Of a DNA stretch of 64,000 bases, positions 1 to 13,496 are shown in pieces. Numbering within the stretch: the stretch's first letter is position 1; each line of letters starts with the position of its first letter. The DNA lies in contig JAHLWZ010000423.1 of NCBI GenBank assembly GCA_020536535.1, forward strand, positions 187,840 to 251,839, given 5' to 3'. The stretch comes from Pelomyxa schiedti (Eukaryota; Protista; Evosea). The notes under the pieces are model-generated. The model had not been told where the DNA came from and did no database searches. It worked only from the letters and a program-made list of their open reading frames with translations. The position numbers were made by a program, and so were the translations under genes.

Positions 1-2142
1 TTCCCAACTACTTGAAGTTTTGGATTTCTCTTTTGCAGCAAAGTGGACAGATAAACAATCCAGAATGCTGTCAAGTTGGGACATGGGAGTCCTTTTTTCA
101 AGCTCCAACAGAACAAGAAGCCTCAGAAAAAGCGAGGATGGTTGAGTGAAGTTGTTCTTGATGAATTGCACAGTGTGGACATCAGAAGATTGCACTATTT
201 GCCCTACAATGTGCTTATTTATAGCGCAAAAATCCTTCTTTTGTACGAGTACATCATCCACTGGACGTAGACGTGAAAAAACTTTGTGTCCAACTTTTGG
301 TGCAAGCTTTACGGCTTCCAAAGAAATTTGCCACGTCGTTGGGTAGAAGAGAACCCAGTCCCAGAGAAAGCCCAGAACGTCATTTATTCGATTTGGGAAC
401 TTCGGCAGAAATTTGTGTACGATAAATCTTAATGCCGAGATTTTGGCACCGGCTTCGAGGCTAGATTCCATCACCCTCCTGACATCCTTTAGCAATGTTC
501 CAGCCTCCACCAAATTGAGGTATGCAGGGATCTCAAATACTTCAGAGACAACACAGGGATCTTCATCAGCGATTCTCTCAGCAAAAATAGACTTCAGAGC
601 ATCCCTTGTGTCTATTGAAGAGATATTTACTTCTTTGATACTCTGAAGTGCTTTCAATCGGACTGTTGCGTCTGGGTGTCGTGCAGACACAATCAAGACA
701 TTTGGTAGCCCACCTGAACCACTTGGTTCTACGATCTGATGGACAGTACCAGCCAGAACTCTGTCTGCGAATTGTAAAATCTGGTCATTTTCAGCAATTA
801 GTCTTTTTAGCACTGCTGGTAGAGTCGTATCAAATTGAAGCTCGCGTTGAGAGAGGAACTTCATGCACTTGGCAATATTCACCTCGTCTAGTGAATGAAC
901 ATAAGAGAAGTAACAATAAGAAGTAAAAGAACACACATTCAGGGTGCATGTATAAGCTCAAGAGACTTTCTGTTAGCCACTCCATACTTGAGTGTGGTGG
1001 GGCAACTTTGAGAAGTCCCCAGAATACCTCCCATTCGGCAGTATGAGTATCTTTCTTTGGATCATTGAAAACCTTAAAGAGGGTAGCCAACACCACTTTG
1101 ATCAAGGGTTCTATGTAATATCCCTTGCTGCTAAAGAATTTAACTGCTTCACATAACTTGCTACCTTCCTTCTTAACCATGGTTTCCACGAAGGCATCTT
1201 CAAATATATGAAGACACTGATAGCGACACAAGTTGGCCAAGCACATGCATACGCCTTCACATTTCTCTGGGAAATAGCCAATAAAAATAGCCTCTAGCAC
1301 AGCATCAAGCATGGCGGTGCTGAGCTTCCATGAAGAAACAAGGACAGAAAGTATCATAAGAGATACAGTGTGAAATTGCATATCAGAGCTGGCAAGGCCA
1401 ACAAGAAGAGGTTTTGTGACGTCTTGTGCAATTGATGGAGATGACTGAACCGCCTCAAAGAAGAGAGCATAGTACAAAGATAAAAGTGCCTTATTTGTAA
1501 TCTCTGCCTGGATAGATTCCATAACGGCATCACATACGAAGCGCAGCAGGGCAGTAGTTCCTGTGCATTCTTTCACCAGTAAGTGCCTAGATACTGGTGA
1601 ACGTTTCCTAGCACAAGGGCTCAAAAATATCCACTTCGGTGGTAGTTGTAGTACTTGAAGTAGCTTCGCAAACGTAACTGTCTCGTGGTATGGCAGGGCA
1701 CACTTCATTAGTGCGTCCACGTCATAGATGTGGCTGGAGTAGTTCCTTAGCAAGTATTCCAGCACTTGAGTAGCCGACGAATCCATGAAATGGGGGGACA
1801 AAAGGGTTAGGAGTTTGGAAATTTCCCTCCCAAGTTTTGCGTTCTCCTTTTCAGTGTGCATTTGGCGCTCAAAACCAATTCCAGCGTCTGTAAATAGAGT
1901 CTCCTCGAACACTGCAAAGTGCTGGTCTTTGGCTATCAAATCCTCAAGGCCAGTTTTCCCCAGCCTTTTACCGTGTTATTGACATGAGCGAATTGGAGGG
2001 GAAAAAAGAACACCTACTTGTGGACAGTGGAAAGTGGCATTTTTTCTGCTTCTTGCGTGTCGAACAGAAGCGACACCGCGCCATAGAGCTTCGGCGTTCT
2101 TACATGTTCTCGTTGTCGGTCGATGGCCTCGCGGATAGACAT
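1..2142 (-). CDS. UTP10: U3 snoRNP protein UTP10/HEATR1, 5' part; multi-exon, continues off the left edge
   Basis: Exon 1 from ATG at 2142 reads MSIREAIDRQ...SLLFDTQEAEK. The next exon reads GLEDLIAKD...LLTLLSPHF...VLEYLLRNYSSHIYDVDALMKCALPYHETVTFAKLLQVL, matching the UTP10/HEATR1 N-terminal motifs (SLLFD..EA; LSP.F; EyL...y.ih.y..d.l..c.LPYHET). Confidence 0.9.
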
Positions 2143-2277
2143 TGTTAGGCCTTTACGATGTGGGCAGATTTAAACCCGTGCCGCAACACCCAGCACCACC
2201 AGATCTTGGATAATATAATAATTCGACGCAGGCAACTGCCATCAGATCAAAACCAAAAAATCTTTCCCGGTGTGAAC
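2143..2277. promoter_or_regulatory. Putative bidirectional promoter (135 bp) between UTP10 and the pLGIC-fusion gene
   Basis: Head-to-head start codons at 2142 (-) and 2278 (+). Function is inferred from position only. Confidence 0.45.
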
Positions 2278-5200
2278 ATGGCGACTGTGGATTCTCCCAT
2301 TCTTGAAAGAACATGGCGAGTATGCAAGGGAGCACTAGTGCTATCGATCTCCCTCCCCAGAGTCCAGCTTCCTCCAGTCAGAGCAGGGAAAACAACAACC
2401 GCTCCGTGAACATCACACGAAACCCTTTGGGTGCCGATTCCGTTCACCGACAGCGATGAAACGCCGCAACAACGCCAAGAAGCCCAACAAGCAACAACAA
2501 CAGCCCCAGGCACAACACGTTGGAGACGACGCCAAGGCCAACGCCGAGGAAGATCTCGCAGTGGTCGTCGACCCACACGACGGCGATGGCGTGGTGGTCG
2601 TAGGGACAACGACACCAAAGGGCACCCCCGACTCTCTCCGCGGTGACCACGACGCGAGGTCCGCAAATAGTCCCATAATCCTGCCCGCCGAGCAAGACAA
2701 TGGCGACGCCGACGATGTCGATGGGGAAGACAGAGACAAGGACGCTGGAACGAACAAACCCAAACCCAAGAGCAAGAACAAAAAGAGGAGCGTCGGCAAC
2801 AAGGGCTCTAAGAAAGTTGTGGGACAAACAATTGCCGACTCTGAAGTAGCGTCATCAGTGTCCCCTGGCGTTGAAGTTTCATCCTCGTCCTCTTTGCCGA
2901 CGTCACTCACAGCTTCCTCACCAATTACAGCAAATGCAAATACAAATACAAATACAAATGCAAATGCAAATGCAAGTACAAGTACAACTACCACAACTAC
3001 TACAACAAGTTGCACGTCATTCACCAAGCTAGACTCAAATGATTTGCTATTGGATGACGTGCTGAAGCCATCTGATGTCATTCATGTTAGGCTTGAGAAT
3101 TCTTCGAAGTGGTCCTGCTCTTCCACGTGAGCGCCTCTCTAACTCTATTACACTGTAACACCTTACTTCCTGTGGTTTTTTTCTTTCTTCTTCTCTAACT
3201 ATGCTGAAAAGTGACGGAACTGAAGTTAAATGTGTGGAGGCAATGACAGAATTTGTAATTCTGTATGGACTTTCTCCAGGGACAATCAAATTAAGTTGGA
3301 ATAAGGAGTGGTCACATTTCCTTGGCTTTGAAGCTCACAAGGAGGTTTCTCAAACGTTTTTATTTACTTTTCTGACTCGGTGGAAGGACTCTCCATTTTT
3401 CGTTCATGATGCTGAATTCCTAACTGCATCTTCGGACCTCATTCCAATCGTGCACAGTACTCCAAGCAAAGGGGAATTGATTGTGTCATTGGGAAGTGCC
3501 AAATTTCCTGGAACCTTTATTTCCAGTACGATTTTGGATAGAGGAGTACTGGATGTAACAAACAACATTATAAATGCTGCACACTTTAGTATGCACTTTG
3601 CCAGGGTATATTCTTCTCACCTTTTTTAGGGCTCTCTTTGAGTGTGTCCCACTTCAAAGATCTTGAAGGTGCAAATTCTCTTTATAAGAACATGCTAGAA
3701 TGGATAACCCCCACACTTACAACCTCCCACATACCACCTGAGAGTAGTAGACTGCTGCATACTCTTGAACACCTTCCTCTTTCTCGTTTATTCCTTCCTC
3801 TAAGGCACTACTTGGGTGACAGTATCCCGTTCTACCTTCACATGGAGCGAGTCGAGTATTACCATTTGTATTTGTCGAATGTTTTTAAGTCACCTTGACA
3901 GGCAAGAGCAGCTTTTTACACAAGCCCTGGAATTCATGGATCTTCACCCGGGATTATCGTTCCTCCATATAGGTTTAGCACAGGGTAGAATTCCTGTAAT
4001 AGTTTGCGCTCTCCTTGGAGTATGTTACTTGATTAGACTTGCCCATGTCTGCACTCATAACTCTTAAAGGGGCAACTTAATTACACTGCCTGGAATATTG
4101 ACAATGCACTAGAGAAACTCATAAAGTTTATTTCATTGCCTTTCACACTTTTAGGTCACTTCATTCAGGTATCATATTGGACAAATATCTCCCCACTATG
4201 GGCCACAGAATGTGCGAGTTGATTTACAAAACTGCTTCATGTTTGAACCAACCTCAGAAACACAATTTGATCGCGTGTTGATCTGTGGGAAGGCCCCACA
4301 GGCCAGATTCCATCAAATGTGTAAATTAATTAAACCTGGTGGTCTACTTGTGGTACGTAGTTTTCTTCTTTCTAATTGACTTTGTGTTTTTGGACTGACC
4401 ATTTTTACTTAGGGCTGCTTTGAAACCGCTTCAAAAGCCAAACTTGTGTTGGTGAAAAAGGCAATAGATGGCTCAATTAGCCGTGCCGCACTTCCATGTC
4501 CACTAGATTTAGATCCAAGTTCTGCTGTAGTCCCATTGGTAGCTCCACCAATGATATCTGAAGTAAAAGCAAGGGTAATTTTAGTTTCTATCAAATTTAT
4601 CTCACTGTATGCAGTTTTCGCGGGTGAAAGGAGACTTTTCTGATGAAGAAGGTAGGCTAAAGCGTTTTCTAACCCACCAATTTGTTTTCAGAGTTGAAAC
4701 AATGGCTCCTCTACATCAGTGATGCCTACGGAATTGAGCTGCCTGATTACTCAACAAAAATATTGGCTGCGGGATTTTCACTTTCTGTTATCAAGGAAGG
4801 TAAAATCTGAGAATCTTTTTCCCTTTATTTACTGCATTTTGTAGTTGGACTTGCTGAAGAAGACGTTGGTTGTCTTGGAATCCCTCAGTCACACTGTTCT
4901 GCCCTGAAATTCGCTATGGACAAATATGTCGAGTTCCAGAAAGCGTTGAGGGACGATACAAAAGGTGAAGTTCTTTGGTAACCCGACTTGACCCTGACAT
5001 TCATCATTTAGTTTCGTCACAGGAGATGATTGTGAAACCAACTCGTGTTAAAATTACCTTCACAAGGGTGGGTGTAGTGGAATCTGAGTTTGATGCAGAT
5101 GTAGACATTGTCCTAACTTGGAAGGATGAGATCGCTTGGCGAGAATTTGCCGTAATTTATTCTTTGATGGCTATGACATCAGGCTAATAAAACTTAGGCT

Positions 5201-6477
5201 GAGAAGAATCTTAATGCAGAAACTAGCACCCAGGCGGAACCTGTGCACATTGCCCTCTCTCAGCTTCATCCAATACCGCTGCTTGGGTTTCCAAACTCCA
5301 AGGGAGATGTTACTTTGACTTCTGAGGCAGCCTATGTTGTCCCACATACGGGAATGATTGAGTATCATGTTTCCTTCAGTGGTACATTTACTGAAATTAT
5401 GGAACTCCAAAAGTACTTCCTTGTCATTTTCTTTCTCCAATGACTCTCAATAGGTTTCCATTCGATAGACAGGCTAGTTTTTTGTTTACTCTTTTCCTCT
5501 GGCTAATAAATTACCACAGCTTCTACACTTAAATCTTCAGCATGACACTCGAAAACAGCCTGATTTGAGGGTTATCTGGGATCTTAAGGATTTGTTGGAA
5601 GAAAGTGTAAAACCCAGAAATGAAAAGTAAGTGGCTCATTCTTTGATTTTCCAATAAAATGCAATAGGGAAAACAATAAGATTCTAGAGCTGGTGTCTGC
5701 TGACCGGGAATGGGCTCGAGCAGAAGCAAAAATAGACAAAGAACCACCAACTGCTGAAGAGCCAAGAGAGATTGAACAACTAATCCTTGTGGCTCAAGCT
5801 GAAAGTAAACCCCTCCTTTTTAATTGTGTGATTCAACCCTTTTGCCAGGATATTCCTCCTACTTCATGTGGAATATTGTCTTTATGATGTTCCTAATCGT
5901 TGTCATGTCATTTTTGACTTTCACTATACCTGCTGATGATGGTTCTGGCCGACTTGGCTTGAACCTCACACTAATGCTGACTGCTGTTGCCTACAAGGTA
6001 AACTATTGTTAGTTTTTACTGGTAACTAATGAGGTTCAGTATGTCATTGCCGGCTACCTTCCCAAAACAACCTACCTCACTCTACTGGATAAATATGTGC
6101 TTGTGGGATTCATTGTCCTAGCTTCCGTAATATGTGAAAACTCTGCGGCCTCCGTAGCGGAGGATTCTGCAGCACCCTTCTTTGACAAAGTGGCCATTCT
6201 CACCCTCATCCCTGTATGTATTACCTTTTGCACTAAAAAACCACAACCCCCCAACAAACCAACCAAATTAATACGCACCAAGCTGTGGTTGCTATTGCAC
6301 GTGGGGATTGTGATAGGCTGTGCATTCGACTTCTTCAGGCAAAGCTGGGCAGAAGTAGAGGCCTCACAAGAGACCACAGAACCTATTTCCGGACCTGTTT
6401 ACAAGGCAGATAGCACGATTCCTCCTGTTGCTGTTTCTCTGATCGCCGCTTTAGCTGTAAAAAAGGGTGCTAGGTAA
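2278..6477 (+). CDS. Multi-exon Cys-less pentameric ligand-gated ion channel (Pro-loop receptor) with N-terminal low-complexity region, PCMT/PCMTD-like methyltransferase-fold domain and SAM-like domain
   Basis: Spliced exons give, in order: ELIVSLGSAKF...LDRG; QALEFMDLHPGLSFLHIG; QNCF...QFDRVLICG...KLIKPGGLLV (PCMT-like); ELKQWLL...EEDVGCLGIP (SAM-like); FDADVDIVLTWKD; GMIEYHVSFSGTFTEIMELQK/FPFDRQ (Pro-loop); YFMWNIVFMMFLIVVMSFLTF (M1); RLGLNLTLMLTAVAYK (M2); YLPKTTYLTLLDKYVLVG (M3); and a hydrophobic M4. Confidence 0.72.
2930..3008 (+). repeat. Coding microsatellite (GCAAAT/ACAAAT/ACAAGT/ACT units) encoding ANANTNTN...TTTT
   Basis: Directly visible hexamer and trimer repeats. Confidence 0.85.
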
Positions 6478-6588
6478 TTGATTTTGTGATCCTTTTACCA
6501 CACCGACACTTTCTTTCTATCATCTATCTCTATTGTATTGGGAAAAGAAACAAAAAAAAACCAGTAACTACAAAAGAAGCTGTATTAC

Positions 6589-9500
6589 TTACAAAATAGA
6601 GATTGTGTCATCCACAAGAAACAATAATACCTTGTCTGCAAGGTGAGATACAGTCTTTTCCAGTGCTTCACTTCTTTGTAGCTCCCAGCTTTTTATCCCT
6701 TTCTTGCACAAGTCCGTGACAGGCTTTTTGGGGTTTACTTTTGCTTGTAGGACGCCAGTCAAGAAAGTCTGTAGCTGGTTGTTGATGCTGATAGATGTGA
6801 CTCCCATTTGCGTGGAGAGTGGCACAGAGGAACGGAAGAAGTTCCGTTCAAGGGGGGATGGTACAGGTTGTCTGAAGTGCTCCAGTCCTTCAACAACGAG
6901 GTCATGTTGCTAAAATAGGCTTTTAGGTGGCTACTATATCATTTGTAAAATACCAAGTGATGGTATGCATGCTTGTACATCTCCAACTGCATGTCGGCGC
7001 CTGTGGATTTTTCGGCATCATGGAAGTGCCTAGTCTCTAAAGATGAGAGGTCTGCTAGTGATATAGGGCAGCCAACACTTCCTTCTGGAAAAATCATCTT
7101 TTGTGCATAGGAGACAGTCCGCGATACAGAGAGCTCCAAAGTGGGAGGGTCACCTTCCACTGCCCTCCGGGCTGCTTCTAGATCATAATGGTATGGAGGA
7201 TTTGAGGGTTCTGGTAGTTTTGGAATTGGGTTGCTGTCAATGGGAATGGGAGTAGCTTCGGTATCGTGAATAGTGTTCGGCTGTGCAGTTTGAGAAACTA
7301 TCTCTGAAGCAGCATATTCTGTTGTTAGGCACTCCTCGAGGAGTTCAAAGAATATGTAAGAGGATACACTTTCAGAATAGTGGAAGTGGGTTTGACAGAG
7401 CCGGGTCTCGACAAGACCCTATAGGACAGAAGTGAGTACGAATATTAACCTTCAGCTAAAAAGTAGCTCAAAAAAAAAAACCTGCATTTCTGTTAGAAAC
7501 GATCGATACTGACGCCAATGTGTAAGTGCATTGTGCCTGAACAGGCACCTCTTCAAGCAATCAATGAGATGCCTGTGTTCTTTGACCACTTTTTCTGGAG
7601 GAGTTGCTGTGACGGGGGACTCGATGGCCGAAGAAACCGTGGAATCAGTCCCATTGTATGGAGTGAATTCTGAAAGAAGAAGCTGCAAAATGTACTCAAC
7701 AACGTTATCATACTCTGAAGCATGTTCCAGCGAAAAATGAATAGTGATAGCATCATCCAGTAAGAGCTCAAGAGCCCATTGGACAATATTTTCTGGTTCA
7801 ACAGACTTGACTTCTTCTACATACCGTTAATCAACGGCGCGTTGTGAGAACTCAACCTGGTGTCTTTGTTCCTGGTGTAGCTACTTCGTCAATAAGATGA
7901 TTGAGAATACTCTCTGCAAGAGCATCCACCTGACAATCCAATGAACTCCCTTCCTGATTCATTGTGTCCAAATGGAATAGATCGTCAAGCAGTTTTTGGA
8001 ATATGGAGCATGTAAGGATGTTGCACATATCTTCAGAATTTGTGGTGTTCTGTGATGAATTCAGCCAAAAATTGGAATACAGGAAGCTCAGGAACATCAG
8101 AGTTAATTAAATTGCTAGGGCTTTGGCTCACAACGTTCGGTTGGTTCTGTGGAAGAGAAGGAGCCAGCCAATTACTGAGTGCTTCATTAAGAAGGTAGGA
8201 CAGAATGTCTGTTATGAGAGGATCCACCATGGAAAGAGCGAATTGGTTTTCTATAGTTTGTAACTGCTCGCAAGACTCTACAGCTTCTTGGGAGACTTGT
8301 GTTAACTGTTCGTGCTCAGGTTTGTGGAAAGTAGTTTCCTCATGGTTTGAGAAATCATCGCAAATAAGTTGCTCTGTGATGCCTTCTTTGTACTGTTTTT
8401 GTGAGAAATCCTCCTCACTTGGCTTGTCAATACTTTCAGTGAGCTCGGCATTTAGCTCTTGAGGGCTTGTCAAGGGCTCTAAATTTGCAAGTTCGTTTTG
8501 GGAAGTTTCCTCTCCAGTATGGGTTGCCTCATCACATATCAAAATTTCTTGTGTGTATTCTGGAGAGTATTCAGTTGATTCCTCCAATAACTGTTCCCCA
8601 GGTTGGACCTCGACCTCTCCTTCACCAACTTGGCTGTGGGGTTCTTCAATTCCCACCGCAAGAGTTTCTTCTTCCACAATTTCATGAATCTCCTGACTCC
8701 CCTCTAGGCAGATATCTGCTTTTTCTGTTAAATACTGGGCTTGCACGGTTGTAGAACTTGGATCTGCATGTGAGTCCTGGGGTTGCCCCTCTGAGAGATC
8801 ACAAGTTCTATCGTCTGGAAGGTCTTCTTCAGGGTTGATCACACCCTTTGTAGGGGTGTCAATGTTCTCTTGAATGTTGTCACAAATTTCATTGATACAA
8901 TTCTCTTCGGGGTTGTCTTTTCCATCTTTTTGAGGGGACTGAATGTCCTCTTGAGGGAGACTCTCGAAAACATCCTGAAGATGATCGGTACTCTGATGTG
9001 ACCCCACATCTTCTTGACAATCTCCTTGCGACTCTTCTTGGGTGTGAATCTGTTCACCTACTGAAAGGTCGTAATCATTCTCTGTGCCTTGCGGGATACT
9101 TTCCAAGATTCCCAGAGGGCCGCAGTTTGAGTGATTTATGGAGTTATTTTCCTCATCTTCTTGAGGTAATTCAGAGAGCTCTTCTTCGGAGTTTACTTGT
9201 TCAGGAATGGTCTCAAGAATGCTGTTTTGTGCAACTTGATTATCTTGAACATCTTCAACACACAACGTTTCTTGTATAGATTTGTTTTCAGAATCACCCT
9301 CACACTGTGGAGAAGGAAGGTCTTCACCCACATTTGGGTAAGGATCGTCATGAGACTGTGTGCTACTGTTGGCAGAGATTCTGAGAGAATTGACTTCCTC
9401 GGTCCACTCCTGTGAAGAGTCATTTGGAGGCTCAATGCACTCTGATGGTTCCTGGGAATCGTGGTGTAAGTAGTTTTGTTCAGTGTCGAGGTTATCAGTA

Positions 9501-12500
9501 GCATTGGAAATTTCGATACTGTGATCCGGGGAAATGAGAACTTCAATAGAGGGAGAGTAATCACTTGAGTGAAGATTCTCTTCTACGTCATTTGGTCCAC
9601 CAGTGGCAGATACTTGTGATAGTTCGGTTGTATCTTGGATTTCTGGAATCGGGGTAGTTTCCCTCATATCGGGAACTTCCAGGTTATGGAAGTCATCTGT
9701 TGCCTCTGGGACTTCAGTTGTATCCGGTACTTCTGGGATGGGAGAAGTATCTCGTGCATCGGGAACTACCAAACCAAGTGGATTATTTTCATTTGTATTG
9801 GGCACTTCTTGTGCGTTGGGAGTATTTGATGTATCTTCTGGATTGTTCAGGCACATATCCACAATTTCTGGACTACCAGTATTTACTAAAGGCTCGCTAG
9901 AAAATACTGTTTCACAGTTCTCATTCTGTGCGTTTTCATTGTCACGTGGCTCTGGCTCTTGTTGAAAGTCAAATTCTTCCAGAATTTGGTCTACTTCCAC
10001 TGGTCCTATGTTACTGTCTCCATACTCCACGTCATGAAAATGCGATGGGAGTTCCTTGGCAAATTCCTTGCTTGTGCTTTTGTTTGCTATCATATTTTCA
10101 TTTTCTATGACCTCAACAACCTCAAGTTGCTCTCTTACAGAAGCTTCAGTCGGGGGTTGAGGGTGGTCTTCTTTGGTGATCTGTTTACTTGAGGCACTTG
10201 GCTCCTCGAATGATGGTGTTTCCTTCGTCCTCAAGCCACTTTCAGAACTTTTAACGCCTTTAATGCCAGCCCTTTCAGTTTCTGCACAGCCACGAGGAAT
10301 CTTTTCTGCGGTACTGTTTATCTCATTTACATTCACAGAGGCTGCTGCCTCGTGCTGGTCGTGCTGGTTTGTCAAGAACGTCTAGAGGGAAAATTAGGTA
10401 AGTTACTGAATCGGAGTACCTTTTCCAGCCGATCCAAAAGAAGTATTCTGCGAAAATATGTATCAGCCAGAAGGTTTGCCTTGTCTCTTTCCAATTGATA
10501 ACTTGAGGAGACAAGTGCTAGTTTTAGGGACTGTGAAAAAGGTGAACAGATGGAAATTGACTAAGGCGTACGTTAGAGGGTTGCGCAGAGTCAGAATGCT
10601 CAAGAGTTTGCAGATAGGCACGGGCTTGTTGTAAAAGGTTTTGTTCTGTCAGTTGCATGCTACTCGGAAGCACAGTACCATAAGCAACTTGGCCTTGTGT
10701 CAACTGGCACACTGAATGTAAGGAAACTTCTTAAATATGTGTTTACATTTGATATGAAAGTTTTAGCCCATTCAATTTCAGTCTCACGCTCAAAGTGTGT
10801 TTCTGGAGTAGGAATTAATGTTCCTCCCTGAGCGGTGTTTTCAGCACGCAATTGTATAGAAGTCTGGGGCTCAAGGCCAAAACTGAAACAGTAAGTAAGG
10901 ATTTCAAGTTTTTCGATTTGAGCGACGAACGTTGTTTGAGAGCTGCTATCATGTGATTTCAAATTTCTTGCAGCTGTATTCACTCCTGGCTCGGGGGGGC
11001 GATATTGACTGAGTTGAAAGTCTGGTAAAGCTATTTTGTCCTTTTCTACTTGCAATTTGGAGCAATCGCGGTCTTCGGGCAAATAGCTTTGTTCATTTTG
11101 TAAAACCTCCGGAGGTTTTATCTGGGGAATAACGGGAATAGTGTATGAAACATCCTCATTCAATCCTGGTGTAGATTGCTGAACGCGCTTTGGAGGTTCA
11201 AGGATCTTGGTTTTGCTCTCCAGTTTAATTGTAGGGACAGTATTGGTAGGGAGAGGGGACTGCTCTGCAGGAGGACTACTAGTAACGGAACTTGAAAGAG
11301 CAGCAAATACATTTATTGGAGTGGAGAGTGAACTTTCCCCTGAACTGGGGGCTTCTGTATTTCTATTTTGGAAAACAGTACTGGACTGTGGCATGGCTTC
11401 TGAGGGTCCTCTTTGCCGCTGCAGTGCCCGAATTTCATCTTCAATAAGTTTTTGGGTAAGTGCTTGATTTTGAAGGACACTATTTAACGCCGTAGACTCC
11501 ACCATTTGTGAGACATGAAAAGCGTGAGTACTAGAAAGTACGGAAATCTGGTGTTCGTCATGTCTTCAATTTGAATTATTAAGAGGAGATGTACTTGTTT
11601 CAGTGCTTCCTCACATAATTTTATATGGTCCACATCTGAGGGCCACAGAGAACCGGCAGAAGGCGGAGGAATGTTATTGTGGTTTGGATGTACTTGAGGT
11701 TGTGCGTGTTCGGTAGTTACATTCCTGCTATGACATTTGCCAACGACAGTGTGAACGGGCCTTTCTGTGTAGTGGGAACAATGTACGTGTGGGTGCCTGT
11801 GATGATGTGAAACCATCTTTCTGGAATGTTTTCTCTGTGAGGTCATGACTTCTCGTTCGCATGTCCGTTGGGAGAGGGTTGCTTCTACCAGCTTGGATGG
11901 GGATGATAATTCTGTTGATTCCTCAAGGGTGGGCTCTTCGAGGGGTTGAGTATCCCCTGCATGCACTACTCCAGTATTGGATACTAGGAGCGGAATGATG
12001 CTGTATGGGTCGGCTAGGTGTGAGCTGTAGGAAGGCACATCAATTTGTTTTGCGGTTCGTTTTTTGTTGTATCGTCTCCATGCCCTTTGAATTATAACGG
12101 CTGCTCTCCATTCGATTTGGAGGGATGACCAAGTGAACTTTGGGCTTGAAGGTAATTGTTTGTTACTTGGGAGAAGGGGTTGAGCTTTGGTCGAAGAATG
12201 ACTCACTTCACAAGTATCCTTAATTGGGTTAATTCTTTCATTTAGTTTGAGCTCGTCACACAGAGGTCTAGGAGCGGTGCACAGCGGTACTACATTTGCT
12301 GACCAAGGAGGCCAAGGTGGTAAAGGAAGCGGGAGTGGCCCATTAGATTTTCGTGCTTCGAAACTGGGATTTGTTGGAGGCTGCGAAGGGGTTTTAGGAT
12401 CAAGTCGAGGGCGATGAACTGTGGCCTCAGGTGGATATTTTTGGGACTTGTGGTTTGAACTGGGTTGACTGGTTTGCTGGACACCATTGGCAGATACACC

Positions 12501-13451
12501 CTCTGAATTAGGACCAGTGTAACTGTTTCAGTTATTTAGAACTTGTTCATATTAGTATGTTAACAACCTATCAGGCAATGGGGTTGATCGCAGATACTTA
12601 AGTCGTTTCTTTGCAATAAACTCCTGTAGCAGTCAAATGACGGTCATATCACTGAAAAGCAAAACCTGAATTTTTTTTTGTTCCTCAGCTGTTCGAGGTT
12701 TTCTCTTAGAGACTTCAGCTGAACTGGAATCCACCACTCCAGGTTTCACTTTTGGATGATCAAACACTGGAACAGGAGGTTTGTGGTGATAAGCAGGACT
12801 TTCATTGGGATCAGGGTTTGAAGGCAGTTTTTTCTTAGTATTTGATCCATCACAAACTGGGGGATACTGTGTAACAGCATCCACACAGGTTGTGAAAACC
12901 AAATTTGGCACCTATGCACAACTATTAAGCAATAACCAGCAGTGTGTCACAAACAGATTGTTGTAAGCAAGTGACAGACACGTGGAAGCCACATTGATTG
13001 TTGTCACTTCCTTGCTGTGCATTTCTAGCATCCAGTCCATTGGAAGACTTAGTTCCAGTAGGCTTTCTGGCACCAGAAAAAGGAAAAACAAAAAAAAAAA
13101 AAAAAAAAAAAAAAAAAACGAAATCAATAACAGTAGGATGGAACTAGAAAATGCAAAGCACAATTACTTTGGCAGTGGAGCAGACTCGGGTACAGGAATA
13201 TCGACTGAATCCCAAACGTCGAATTTCTTTGTTGTAACACTAGCGGCAGTGTGTGCTGTTAATTCGGTAGTCGTATGGTGGTGGTGATGGTTACAGTGAC
13301 ACTGCTGTTGGTGTTGGTGTTGATGTTGATGGTGATGTAGATGTGCCGCTGGAGATCTAGATCTATGCCCGCTGCGGCGCCGTGCCTCTTGTTCAATTTC
13401 TTCTTGGTGCCGTGTGAAGTGATACGCCGGTTGGTCGCCGTTGTCTCTCAT
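6589..13451 (-). CDS. Large acidic low-complexity protein with IQ motif and C-terminal DUF4378-like domain; CEP350/TRM-like centrosomal protein
   Basis: ORFs 13164-13451, 11484-12206 (AAVIIQRAWRRY, IQ motif), 10660-11505 and 8033-10375 lie on one strand. Repeated helical motifs occur (ILNHLIDEVA, ILSYLLNEAL, IFFELLEECL). The C-terminus SWELQRSE...SHLADKVLLFLVDDTISIL resembles the CEP350/DUF4378 end (QLAD.if..Li.DTi.vL). Confidence 0.5.
9600..9830 (-). repeat. Degenerate coding tandem repeats (PEVPD/ETSPIPE units)
   Basis: Translated repeats QEVPNT, VVPDARDTSPIPEVPDTTEVPEA, EVPDMRETTPIPEIQDTTE. Confidence 0.55.
13090..13118 (+). repeat. 29-nt poly(A) run (poly-T on the sense strand, within an intron of the CEP350-like gene)
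   Basis: Homopolymer seen directly. Confidence 0.85.
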
Positions 13452-13496
13452 GGTTGACACCCAGTCGAATTAATTGGAAATTACCGGAACCACAAT

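Noticed and set aside
2231-2238. GGCAACTG (RFX half-site-like) also at about 20849 (reverse) and about 23953 in divergent promoters
   Set aside because: An 8-mer is expected a few times by chance in 64 kb, and it also occurs in coding regions (about 14999 and 57095).
2247-3081. Long antisense ORFs (e.g. 2413-3081, 15594-16148, 35726-36217, 43540-44070, 54884-55240)
   Set aside because: Shadow ORFs of GC-rich or low-complexity sense exons, with no independent domain signal.
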